Shown piece after piece: positions 1 through 10,721 of a stretch of 64,000 bases of DNA. The position numbers were made by a program, and so were the translations under genes. The DNA comes from Piedraia hortae CBS 480.64 (lineage: Eukaryota), in NCBI GenBank assembly GCA_010093745.1, contig MU005978.1, positions 186,001 to 250,000 of the forward strand, in the 5' to 3' direction. The first letter of the stretch is position 1. Every line of letters begins with the position of its first letter. The notes below the pieces were generated by a model. The model saw nothing but the letters and a program-made list of their open reading frames with translations. It had not been told where the DNA came from and did no database searches.

Positions 1-2251
1 GATGCAGGCTACCATCAACGGCCTCAAGGTTCAGTCCATCACTCCGCTTGAGCGAGAATACGGAGCTCTTCAAGCCCTTCAATACTATGACATTTGCCAA
101 CAAATCATCAAGGCGTCGCCCTCAAAGCGGTTTGAGATGAAAGAGAAGCAGGTATCAGCCTGTCAGGATGCATGGAACGTCAACAGGGCGCAATCAGAGG
201 CTATAAATGCTGCCTTGCAGAATGAGGGTTTCTCGCTGATTCAAGGGCCTCCTGGGTCTGGAAAGACCAAAACAATTATCGCCATTGTGGGTGGGTTGCT
301 GACCCGCGAGCTCGATAAGATGGATGGCAGTGGTCCGACTCCAGTACCGATATCTTTACCAGGCGGTGCCAAGCCGGCTGCAGGAGGCGAAACTGCAGCG
401 AAGAAGCTTTTGATCTGCGCCCCTTCGAACGCTGCAGTGGATGAGCTGGTCATGCGCCTCAAGGACGGCGTCACGACGAGAAACGGCAAGCGTCATCAAA
501 TCAATGTTGTCCGCATCGGCCGCAGTGAGGCTATCAATAGCAAGGTGCAGGACGTGACGATGGAAGAGTTGGTTGCCAAACGAACGGGCGGCAGCGATGA
601 GGGCAGAGCCCTGCGAGCCAAAGCCGCTGAGGTGTTCAAGGAACACGAAAGACTGTCGACAGTGCTTCGTGAGTTTTATACAAAAAGAGACAGCGGAGAG
701 TCGAAAGGAGATGAGATGGCTAAGCTGAACAACGAGATTGCTGCAGTTCGTCGACGGAAGAACGAACTTGGTGTGCAGATTGACAACTTTAAAGACCAAG
801 AACGCAATGCGGGGCGGAATGAGGAAATTGAGAGGAAGCGAGCACAGCAAATGATTCTGAATGAGGCTCATGTGGTGTGTGCCACGCTCAGCGGCTCGGG
901 ACATGACATGTTCCAGAGCGTCAACATTGAATTTGAGACGGTCATCATTGACGAGGCTGCTCAATGCGTGGAGATGAGTTCTCTGATTCCGCTCAAATAT
1001 GGCTGCGTCAAGTGCATCATGGTTGGAGATCCCAAGCAGCTGCCGCCCACTGTCTTCTCCAAAGAAGCTGCCAAATTCCAATACGAGCAGAGCTTGTTTG
1101 TGCGGATGCAGAATAATGCTCCCAAAGAGGTGCACTTGCTTGATACGCAGTATCGTATGCACCCAGACATCAGTCTTTTTCCCAGTCGTACCTTTTACGA
1201 TGGGTTGCTCAAGGATGGTGAGGGTATGGCTGAATTGAGAGTGCGACCATGGCACGCAAGCACCCTCTTCGCGCCGTACCGTTTCTTTGATGTACATGGT
1301 CAGCACAAGGCAGAGGCTAAAGGGCATTCGCTGGTCAACGTGGCGGAAGCAGAAGCGGCTATGGCGATTTTCAATCGCCTCACCACAGACTTCAGAGACT
1401 TTGACTTTACGGGCAAAGTGGGCATCATCACGCCATACAAGTCCCAGCTGCGATTGCTGAAGGAATCGTTTATCAGACGCTTTGGGAAAGAGGTCGTCGA
1501 TGTTGTCGAGTTCAACACGACAGATGCGTACCAGGGACGCGAGAGCGAGATTATCATGTTCTCATGTGTGCGTGCGTCGCCAGCTGGGGGTATTGGTTTC
1601 TTGCAGGACATTAGACGAATGAACGTCGGCCTAACGCGAGCAAAGTCTAGTCTGTGGGTGCTTGGCAACTCTGAAAGTTTAATGCGAGGACAGTACTGGC
1701 GAAAACTGGTTGAAGATGCACGGGCAAGGGATGCTCTTATAACGGGTAATATTATGGACATGCTGAAGAAGCCGTCGAGTGTTTTTCCGGCTACCAACGA
1801 TCGGACGATATCAATGTATGACATTGACTCGCACGTGGCACAGATGGGTACTACGACTGCACCGCCCGACAATGGAGTCCATCCTGAGAGCAAATCACCC
1901 AATCGCTCTTCACAATCACCTCCGCGGGAAGGCCCAAAGCGGATGACAGGCATACAGTACAAGTTTGAGGACCGCAAGAAGCGGCAGACAGAACCAGACA
2001 ATGGTGGGCAGCAGAGACCAGCTCCACATCCCCAGCCAAGTAGGGACGGGGACGTGGAAATGACAGATGTCCAAACTGGGCCTAGTCAAAGGTTGGAAAA
2101 GCCCAAACCGCAGCAGAGAGGTCCATCGCCCGGGACTGTCAATGGAAGAGCTGCGAATCCCGCGCTCAAGCCAGTCTCAACTCGCGTGTACAAGAGATCT
2201 AAACCCTGTCCGTTGATGCCGCCCAGGAAGCCCAAGCCCTCGGGGCGGTGA
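1..2251 (+). CDS. SEN1: Sen1-type superfamily-1 RNA/DNA helicase, C-terminal part (gene begins upstream of the window)
   Basis: Motifs LIQGPPGSGKT, CAPSNAAVDE, IIDEAAQ, MVGDPKQLPPT, LDTQYRMHP, DAYQGRE and RRMNVGLTRAK. TPLEREY is typical of Sen1. Confidence 0.93.
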   Translation, partial: MQATINGLKVQSITPLEREYGALQALQYYDICQQIIKASPSKRFEMKEKQVSACQDAWNVNRAQSEAINAALQNEGFSLIQGPPGSGKTKTIIAIVGGLLTRELDKMDGSGPTPVPISLPGGAKPAAGGETAAKKLLICAPSNAAVDELVMRLKDGVTTRNGKRHQINVVRIGRSEAINSKVQDVTMEELVAKRTGGSDEGRALRAKAAEVFKEHERLSTVLREFYTKRDSGESKGDEMAKLNNEIAAVRRRKNELGVQIDNFKDQERNAGRNEEIERKRAQQMILNEAHVVCATLSGSGHDMFQSVNIEFETVIIDEAAQCVEMSSLIPLKYGCVKCIMVGDPKQLPPTVFSKEAAKFQYEQSLFVRMQNNAPKEVHLLDTQYRMHPDISLFPSRTFYDGLLKDGEGMAELRVRPWHASTLFAPYRFFDVHGQHKAEAKGHSLVNVAEAEAAMAIFNRLTTDFRDFDFTGKVGIITPYKSQLRLLKESFIRRFGKEVVDVVEFNTTDAYQGRESEIIMFSCVRASPAGGIGFLQDIRRMNVGLTRAKSSLWVLGNSESLMRGQYWRKLVEDARARDALITGNIMDMLKKPSSVFPATNDRTISMYDIDSHVAQMGTTTAPPDNGVHPESKSPNRSSQSPPREGPKRMTGIQYKFEDRKKRQTEPDNGGQQRPAPHPQPSRDGDVEMTDVQTGPSQRLEKPKPQQRGPSPGTVNGRAANPALKPVSTRVYKRSKPCPLMPPRKPKPSGR

Positions 2252-2407
2252 GCCATCAGTTTAGAAGGCTATGGAGCTATGTTAATGTAATCTGCCTTGA
2301 ACTTCATCTTACCCAAGCGACACTAGGCCCTTTACCGTAATACCAAACGTAACTCATTACCTCACCACCCAACCAACCACTCCGACCTACACATCACAGC
2401 GCAAACG

Positions 2408-3537
2408 ATGCTCGTCTCCCTAACGGTCGGCAAAGTCGACGCCGGCGTCGCCGTTCTCCTAACTGAAGATAAGCGCCTCGTACATCCCCCCCCCTAACCC
2501 TCATATTCCCCCAAACTCACACCATGATGTAGATCGAATTTCCCGCCCTCCTCCTCCCCCCGGAAATCCAAAGCGGCAGCATCGTCGAGATCAACGTATC
2601 ACGGAACCGGCCGGCGGAACATCTCGCCGAACAAAAATTCAATACCCTCCAAACCGAAATCCTCGACGCGTTCGGCTCGGCGTCACCCTCCCCCCCACAA
2701 CTCCGCTGCCGAAACACGACCCAAACAAGCGTCGTGCTGGAATGGGACCCCATCGACACCGCATCCGCCGAACTCCGCAGTCTAACGCTCTACCGCAATG
2801 GGAGCAAAGCCGGCGCCATCCCCGCTGGCAAGACCACGACAAAAATCTCCGGGTTGGCGATGGATACGGAGTATACGTTTTATTTGGTGTTGAAAACGTC
2901 CGCGGGAAGGTATTCGAGTGAGAGGGTCACGGTGCATACGCATAAACTCACGGATTTGCATGGGATTACGGTCACGCCGGGGGTTATGCCTGAGCAGTTG
3001 AAGGAGAGTTTAAGAGCTACGCTGGAGAGGATTGGAGGGAAGATGATTGATTCGCTTAGGATTGATACCACGCATTTTGTGTGTACGGAGCCTAGGGGAC
3101 CGGGGTGGGAGAAGGCTGTGGAGATGAACGTGCCTATTGTGGTCCCTGATTGGGTCAAGGGGTGTGAGAGGGAAGGAAGGATGGTTCCCGCCAGGGCGTA
3201 TTATCTTGATGCGGACCCTAGTAAGAGGATGCTGGGGCCGGTGAAGGATATGCCGACCATTGAGCATACTCCGCCTACGCCAGAGAGGGCGAGGAGGAGT
3301 GGTGAGGGGGGGAGGGAGAAGGTTGAGGAGGAGGAAAAGGGGATTGTGGGCGATCAGGTCGCTAGTAGTGCTAGTGAGGATGAGGTTGAGGAGGAGGAGA
3401 AGGAGAAGGAGGAAAAGGAGGAGGAGAAGGAGGAGGAGAAGGAGGAGGAGAAGGAGGAGGAGAAGGAGGAGGAGAGTGAAAGTGAGAGCAAGAAAGAAGG
3501 TGAGGATGAAGGTAAGTTCGACGATGTTGCACTTTGA
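2408..3537 (+). CDS. CHS5: Chitin biosynthesis / exomer subunit Chs5 (FN3 + BRCT). Exons 2408-2479, 2533-3537
   Basis: Spliced N-terminus MLVSLTVGKVDAGVAVLLTEDKRL|IEFPALLLP. Intron GTACAT..CTAAC..TAG at 2480-2532. BRCT-type TTHFVC and VVPDWV, followed by an acidic tail. Confidence 0.92.
3385..3475 (+). repeat. (GAGGAGGAGAAG)n coding repeat (EEEK)n in the Chs5 tail
   Basis: Directly visible 12-nt tandem units. Confidence 0.9.
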
Positions 3538-3911
3538 AACGGTTGTATGATTAGCATGGAGTTACACTACATAATTGCTCACGGTCGTTTGACCGAGAAC
3601 AGGTGCATCGGACATGTCTCCTCTGTCAGTCGTGTGAGATCGGTCGACCCCATGCCGCTTACGATGCACAGCCGGACGGAGGCGCATCTGCGGGCGACCG
3701 AAGTTCGTTCAAAGTCTGTTTGGTGCGTCTAGCACAAATCGGGTTAATCTTCGACAAGGGACTGCATCGGAAGCTAACCCGCCTCCGCCGCAACTCCGGT
3801 TCAACTTCAACAGCCGGTAACGGCGAAATATCGCAAATCGTCAACCTCGGTTACTCGGCCGAGACATGTATATCTCGCTGCTTCTTCCGTAGTTTCTGAA
3901 GAAAAATAACA

Positions 3912-5378
3912 ATGGATTCTCAGGGCGAGAGCTTCGATGTCATCATTGTTGGAGCCGGAATCAGCGGCATCAACTTTGCATATCGTCTGCAGGAGCGTTT
4001 GCCAGGGGCATCATACTGCATCCTCGAAGGCCGCCACGAAATCGGAGGCACTTGGTCGCTGTTCAAATACCCCGGTATCAGGTCGGATTCTGATCTTTAT
4101 ACGTTTGGGTTCCCGTGGAGGCCATGGGAGGAGCAGATCAGTATTGCGGAGGGTCCGAAGATAATCAAATATGTCAAGGAATCAGCGAGGATGTATGGGA
4201 TTGATCATAAAATCAAGTTCAACCATAGGGTGGATAAGGCGGACTTTTCCACTGAGAATAAGGAGTGGCAGTTCGAGTGCACTGTCAGTGGAGAGGAGAA
4301 GAAGACTGTCAGGGGGAAGTTTCTCATGATCTGCTCTGGGTATTACGATTACGAGAACCCGCTCCAACCAGTCATCCCAGGCCTAGATAATTTCCAGGGC
4401 AAAGTGATCCATCCCCAATCCTGGCCTCAGGAGTTCGACTATTCTGGGAAGAACATCGTCATCATCGGCTCCGGAGCTACGGCAGTGACGTTACTTCCTT
4501 CCTTAGCAAAGAAAGCGAAGCACGTAACCATCCTCCAACGATCACCGAGTTATATCTTCTCCCAGCCACAAGAAGATAAACTCGAAAAGCTAATCCGAGC
4601 ACTCACCTGGTGGAACAAGGGCCTCCAACGTCGCCTCGTCCGCTTCAAATGGCTCCTCGTCCAATACATCTTCTCTCGCGCCTGTCTTCATTTCCCCAAT
4701 TTCATGCGCAACACCCTCGGCAAGCTTACGAAGAAACAACTCCCCCCAGCCATCTCCCCCGACCCGCACTTCAAACCAAACTACAACCCCTGGGAACAGC
4801 GTCTTTGCTTTTGTCCCGACGGGGACTTTTACGCTGCGCTACGCAATGGGTCAGCCAGCATCGAAACCGACACAATCTCAACCGTCACACCGAACTCAAT
4901 CAAACTCACATCCGGCCAGGAACTCCACCCCGACGTAATCGTCACAGCCACAGGTCTGCGGATGTGTTTTGGAGGGGGCATCAACCTCTCCGTTGACGGC
5001 GAAGCGTTCAATGTCCCTGAGAAATATGTCTGGAGCGGGGTTATGTTGGAAGACCTGCCCAACGCGGCGTATGTGTTTGGGTATGTTGATGCGTCTTGGA
5101 CTCTGGGAGCGGATGCTACCGCTCAGTTGATTACGCGTATGATGAAGATGATGAGGGAGAGGGGAACGCAGATTATTGTGCCTAGACGGACAGAGAGGGA
5201 GAAAAGTGAGATGAAGGAGGTGCCGTTGGTGAGACTGCAGAGCACGTATGTCGCCAAGGCGAAGAGTATAATGCCAAAGGCGGGGGCGACGGGACAGTGG
5301 AGGCCAAGGTCGTATTTTTTCCATGATATACTAAAGGCGTGGTATGGGGATGTGGAGAGTGGGATTGAGTGGATTTGA
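3912..5378 (+). CDS. FAD-containing monooxygenase, EthA / Baeyer-Villiger type
   Basis: Rossmann motifs IVGAGISG and IIGSGATA, GGTWSLFKYPGIRSDSD, and FxGxxxHxxxWP (FQGKVIHPQSWP). Intronless. Confidence 0.9.
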   Translation: MDSQGESFDVIIVGAGISGINFAYRLQERLPGASYCILEGRHEIGGTWSLFKYPGIRSDSDLYTFGFPWRPWEEQISIAEGPKIIKYVKESARMYGIDHKIKFNHRVDKADFSTENKEWQFECTVSGEEKKTVRGKFLMICSGYYDYENPLQPVIPGLDNFQGKVIHPQSWPQEFDYSGKNIVIIGSGATAVTLLPSLAKKAKHVTILQRSPSYIFSQPQEDKLEKLIRALTWWNKGLQRRLVRFKWLLVQYIFSRACLHFPNFMRNTLGKLTKKQLPPAISPDPHFKPNYNPWEQRLCFCPDGDFYAALRNGSASIETDTISTVTPNSIKLTSGQELHPDVIVTATGLRMCFGGGINLSVDGEAFNVPEKYVWSGVMLEDLPNAAYVFGYVDASWTLGADATAQLITRMMKMMRERGTQIIVPRRTEREKSEMKEVPLVRLQSTYVAKAKSIMPKAGATGQWRPRSYFFHDILKAWYGDVESGIEWI

Positions 5379-5668
5379 GCGTTGAGGCGGAGGCGTTTTG
5401 GTTGGAAGTTAACTGTCCGATGTAATTTTTGTGGTGGGCAATCGCCTTTCTATCTATCTGGTTGACGAGATTCAGCCCAAGGTATATGCATCTCGGCATC
5501 AATCGGACAGGAGTCGGAACGCGCCGGGTTGGAGTATGTCCCCTTCTCCGCAAATTCACGAGGCGTTCCTCGCCGGAAGTTTACGGTTAGGCCAGCAATG
5601 TGTTCCTCGGTAAACATGGGCAGCCATATAAGGGCTGCCCCTCATCTCCAAAAAAGCAACCCAACAAC

Positions 5669-7442
5669 ATGTCTCATTCTCACAGGCAAAGCAGTCGTGC
5701 GGCTGGCCGTTTTATGGGCCCCGTCAAAGACGCTCAGGTGCTCCACGATGTAGTCATCCGAGCTCCGTTGAATGAGAAGACTCAGAAGATTCTCAATCAT
5801 GATGCGCTTGTTTTCCTTGCGGTTTTGCATAGATCGTTCAATGAACGCCGCAAGGCCCTACTTCAACGCCGTGAAGCTCGCCAGGCGGATCTTGACCGCG
5901 GCGCTATGCTCGACTTTCTCCCTGAGACGAAGCATATCCGTGAGGATTTAACCTGGAAGGGCGCCCCGCCTGCCCCCGGCCTCGTTGATCGTAGGGTTGA
6001 GATTACGGGTCCTACGGATCGGAAGATGGTTGTGAACGCGCTTAACTCCGATGTCTGGACGTACATGGCTGATTTTGAAGGTGAGTTTCGTGACGTATTT
6101 GATGATGGTTGGGACTAACGCCCAGACTCGTCGGCTCCAACCTGGGATAACATGATCAACGGTCAGGTTAACCTGTACGATGCCATCCGGCGTCAGGTCG
6201 ACTTCAAGCAGGGCGATAAGGAATACAAGCTGCGGACGGACCGCGTGCTGCCTACCCTCATTGCTCGTGCTCGAGGCTGGCATCTGGAGGAGAAGCATGT
6301 CACTGTTGACGGAGAGCCCATGTCTGGCTCTCTGTTCGACTTTGGCCTCTACTTCTTCAACAACGCCGACGAGTTGGTGAAGAACGGCACCGGCCCGTAC
6401 TTTTACCTTCCCAAGATGGAGAGCCATCTCGAGGCGAGGCTGTGGAACGATGTGTTCAACCTTGCCCAGGACTATATTGGTATGCGTCGGGGTACTATTC
6501 GCGCCACAGTGCTTATTGAGACCATCACGGCTGCGTTTGAGATGGAGGAGATCATCTACGAGCTGCGTGATCATTCGTCCGGTCTGAACTGCGGACGCTG
6601 GGACTATATCTTCTCCTTTATTAAGCGTCACAGGCAGCACCCCGAATTCGTCCTGCCTGATCGTGGCAGCGTGACGATGACGGTGCCGTTTATGGATGCC
6701 TACGTCAAATTGCTGATCCAAACCTGCCATCGTCGTGGTGTGCACGCTATGGGTGGCATGGCGGCCCAGATCCCCATTAAGGACGACAAGGCGGCCAATG
6801 ACAAGGCAATGGACAACGTCCGTGCCGACAAGCTGCGTGAGGTGCGTGCGGGTCACGACGGAACGTGGGTAGCTCATCCGGCGTTGGCGAGCATTGCGTC
6901 TGACGTCTTCAACACGCACATGCCGGGGCCAAATCAGATGTTTGTGCGGCGGGAGGAAGTGCGTATCGGGGCTCAGGACTTGCTTAACGTAAATGTTCCT
7001 GGCAAGGTGACTGAGGCGGGCATCCGTCAGAACTTGTCCATTGGCCTGGGTTACATGGAGGCTTGGCTCCGTGGTGTTGGCTGCACTCCCATCAACTTCT
7101 TGATGGAAGATGCTGCTACGGCTGAAGTGAGCAGGTCACAGCTCTGGCAGTGGTGCCGTCACGGTGTGACGACAGCCGAAGGCAAGCGTGTCGACAAGGC
7201 TTACGCCCTTCGTCTGCTCAAAGAGCAGGCGGATGAGTTGGAGAAGAAAGCTCCAAAAGGCAACAAATACCGTCTTGCTGCTCGTTACTTTGCAACCCAA
7301 GTCACGGGCGAGGATTATGCCGATTTCCTGACTTCGTAAGTTTTTTTCCAAGCTGACTTAATGCTGCATTTGCTAATCGAGCAGGCTGCTATATAACGAA
7401 ATCACTCAGGTAGGCAACCCGCAACCAGCTTCCAAGTTGTAA
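5669..7442 (+). CDS. MLS1: Malate synthase (glyoxysomal). Exons 5669-6080, 6126-7335, 7385-7442
   Basis: [15 protein letters not shown] (spliced), [28 protein letters not shown]. The spliced C-terminus ends PASKL (PTS1). The start codon is uncertain. Confidence 0.95.
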
Positions 7443-7583
7443 ATAGTTATGATATTTATCAAGTGACTTGATTGCCTTTTGCCGAAATTCACCGGTCCCT
7501 ATGTCACCCCATGTCACCCCATGCAAGTGCGGGGGATCTTTTAACCGCGGGTTTCCGCTTTGACCTTTTACATCTTGTTGACA

Positions 7584-8214
7584 ATGTCTGCCGATTCAGT
7601 TGCCCTTCTTCGCAATGGCCTTGGGCCTGATCTTGTTTGTGTTTGTTGTGCCATGTAGACTAAGCTAACGAACTAAGGGCAAACTAGCTGAAGAGCAGTA
7701 TGCATTTCGCTGCCAAGTTGGACGTTCAAACTAACATTGCAGCCTCAAACATGACCTTCGTCCGTCGGACCGCGATGCGTTAAAGAAAGCCGCAACTACT
7801 TTCCGCACGCACGCCATGGTCGGCAGCGCCGTTGGCCTGGGATTGGGCGTCTTTTTGGCAGCTCGTCTGCGCTCGGCTCGCAACCTCGCGTTCAAAGCTT
7901 TCCAAAAGAGCGAGAAGCCCGTGGCCATACGCTTCCCATCTGGACGCGAAGAACCTGTTCCCGATGTCACGGCAATGATAGCTCCGTCGGGCGCAGGGTC
8001 GTTTGCGACATACACGCTGCTTGGCTTGGGTGGGCTCTTCCTTGGAGGCGAAACGGGGTTTCTTACGGGCGGTCTGCATGCCAAATCTCAGATCAACCGC
8101 GACCGGGAGAGCAGAGAGCGAATCCAGAAAGCGTACCGCCATTTCCAGGCCGATGCTCTGAGGGCGCAGGCGACGCGACTGGAAAACGAGGATAATTACG
8201 ACGTAAGCATTTAG
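7584..8214 (+). CDS. Conserved fungal hypothetical membrane protein. Exons 7584-7634, 7678-7697, 7743-8214
   Basis: Two short GT-AG introns with branch points restore one frame: MSADSVALLRNGLGPDL-GKLAEEHLKHDLRPSDRDAL... Two glycine-rich hydrophobic segments follow. Confidence 0.7.
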
Positions 8215-8576
8215 ATAATAAAAGCTGTAATGGTAGACATTCCGATACAACATTCCTCGAAAGTGGGGATTAATGAATGATTACCCAATATGTGGCCTTT
8301 TATTGGCTGGTAGGTGGGGTGGCGCGATGACGAAAAAGGCTCGGCGCCTCGGGTGGGGAAAAGTATAAAGGCGACTCGATTCTGCAATTTTCTAACTCAG
8401 TTTGTCCTCCCGCCAAACCGCTTTGGAAGAGAGCAGATCCCACGGACACTTTCCGCCCATTTCAGTTGGAGGTTGATCTGCTCGCCGCGGGCCGAGCCAC
8501 AAACGGCATCGCTCAAAACCGCAACTGCTGCCCCTCCTCACACTAACCCATTTCAGCGTGCAACAGCCTAAAAACC

Positions 8577-9243
8577 ATGGCCGAGATTATCAGCCAGGAC
8601 CCGCGTCAACTTCACGACGACGGAGATGATCTCACGCCGCAAGACGCGCGCCCCATCAAACGTCCGCGTGCGGGGGCCGATGACGATGACGAAGACGAGA
8701 AACCCGGCCGCGAACGCCGCAAGATTGAAATCAAGTTCATCCAGGACAAGTCGCGCCGCCATATTACCTTCTCCAAACGCAAGGCCGGCATCATGAAGAA
8801 AGCCTACGAGCTTAGTGTCCTCACCGGCACCCAGGTCCTACTCCTCGTCGTCTCCGAGACGGGCCTTGTCTATACCTTTACGACGCCCAAGCTGCAGCCG
8901 CTTGTGACCAAGCCAGAGGGCAAGAACCTCATCCAGGTACAGACACCCCTCACCCTAGGCACCCACACCCATTAACACTTTGAAACAGGCATGCCTCAAC
9001 GCCCCCGAGCCAGAGACTAATGGTGTGGACGAGCACGTTGATTCTCCTGCGGACGAGCACCACAATCCGTCGTCGGCGGCCCCCCAAATGGCCCCCCAAA
9101 TGCGCTCCCAGCCGCCCCCCTACATGACACCAGACCAGCAACAGGCCCTCCAGTACCAAGCCTACATGCAACACCAGCACGCCTCCCACCAGCAGGGCAC
9201 CTACCCCATCCCCCCCACCCAAGGCCTGCATCAGCCGCGTTGA
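8577..9243 (+). CDS. MCM1: MADS-box transcription factor Mcm1. Intron 8937-8988
   Basis: ERRKIEIKFIQDKSRRHITFSKRKAGIMKKAYELSVLTGTQ...GKNLIQ|ACLNAPE, with a Q/P-rich tail. Confidence 0.96.
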
Positions 9244-10721
9244 TTTGTTATGCTTTGGAGGAGGCGGGTGTAATGCAGGGGACTAGTCGTTGATGATACC
9301 TTTTGAGAAAAGTTTATGAAATTGGCGGGCTGTTCTTTTTTTTTCAATATTTCCTTTCGTTAGATGATGTCGTGAGGGGTGTATGCTCGACTTTGGAGTT
9401 GGGGTGTTCGCATCAAAGTACCTAGGTTTGTGAGGGGTGTCCATTGGGTAGGTTCTGGGAAATCTTTCCAAGGGATGTTGTACGTAGACTTGTCTTTTGG
9501 GGGGCTTGGTTCCGCCGTGAGGTGGATCCGCGGTTGTGGCGGTTGGGATATGCCCTTGTGGATTATGTAGGGGACGATATCTTCGCGTGCTCGTGTCTCT
9601 GTGTAATTCGGGAGAGAAGGTACTGAGGCGTGGGATGGAAATCTTGTATTGTTGCTTTGGTTCGTTGATGAAGATTTGGATGACCTCGTGGATTGATTTA
9701 AGGACTGGTTTGAGACTGCAACTCTGTATCGTATTTTAAGGGTTTGTAAACGAGAGGTGTAAGGGAGTGGAGTGGATTGATCTATGGGTTATAGGATTAA
9801 TGTGTAGGGATCAGGCTGTGTGGATTAGGGTTTATTGCGTTGATGGAGGTTAGGGATCGTTACTTTGTTGTGAAGTGGTTGTGCTGGTCTGGGCCGTCGA
9901 GGGGTGTTGCCTATATTTTTGGGGTAGTACTGTATTGGGAACTTGTGCGGTCTACGTGGGATAGGGAGAAATGTTTGCTCAGGGATTGCTTTCAGGTTTG
10001 GGGATGTTTGTGGGTTCCTTCAGGAACATGTTTTGGAGATGAGGACGCCGATGGTGGGCCATGTGGGAGGGATCTTTGGTAAAGATAGGTGGTCTGTTGA
10101 AACGGTGGAGTTCATTCTGCGGGTGTTCTTGGTACCGCCCGCTTGGTTGTGGTCTACATGGCTGGATACTCTCTGCAGGTGGGAGTTTTACTCGAGCTGT
10201 GGGAATCTGTTCAGAACGAGATCAAGATGGTGTATTGAGTCAGGGGTGTATGATGGGTGTCAGGTTGACGTTTAGCGTTAGGTTTTGGGTACATCTAATT
10301 CGCTTCTTCGTGGGGATAATAAATTTGAGATTCTACGTGGAAGGTGGAATGAGGCTTGGTTTTGTTGAGTGTAGTGTTTATGGGCACGGTGGAAGTGCTG
10401 GCAAGAGATTGGATACTCGACCTTGCATCCATGAATGTTATCCAAGTTGTCATATCGGCCGAAGAACAATAAAGTTGAACATACCCTGAAGTTGAATCAT
10501 TTTCAACTGACTCAAAACAATCCAAACATTAGACCAAACATTAGCCGAGAGCTCAGTGATCAATTGTGCAAGTTTATATTATAATTTAAATCTGTGGTTG
10601 TGATGTTATTTGGCTGGGAAGCTGAAATTTACTATGGCTCAAAGCCCCACCTGTCATCGTGGGATGATGTGGGGATCCTGCAGGCTCCGTCCCACGCTCC
10701 CGAGTCGCAACGATCAAAGCC

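Noticed and set aside
7501..7523. ATGTCACCCC direct duplication
   Set aside because: It is a single 10-bp slippage duplication, not an array.
9283..10525. Short ORFs in the G/T-rich tract
   Set aside because: They are compositional artefacts rich in W/G/V/C, with no recognisable domain.
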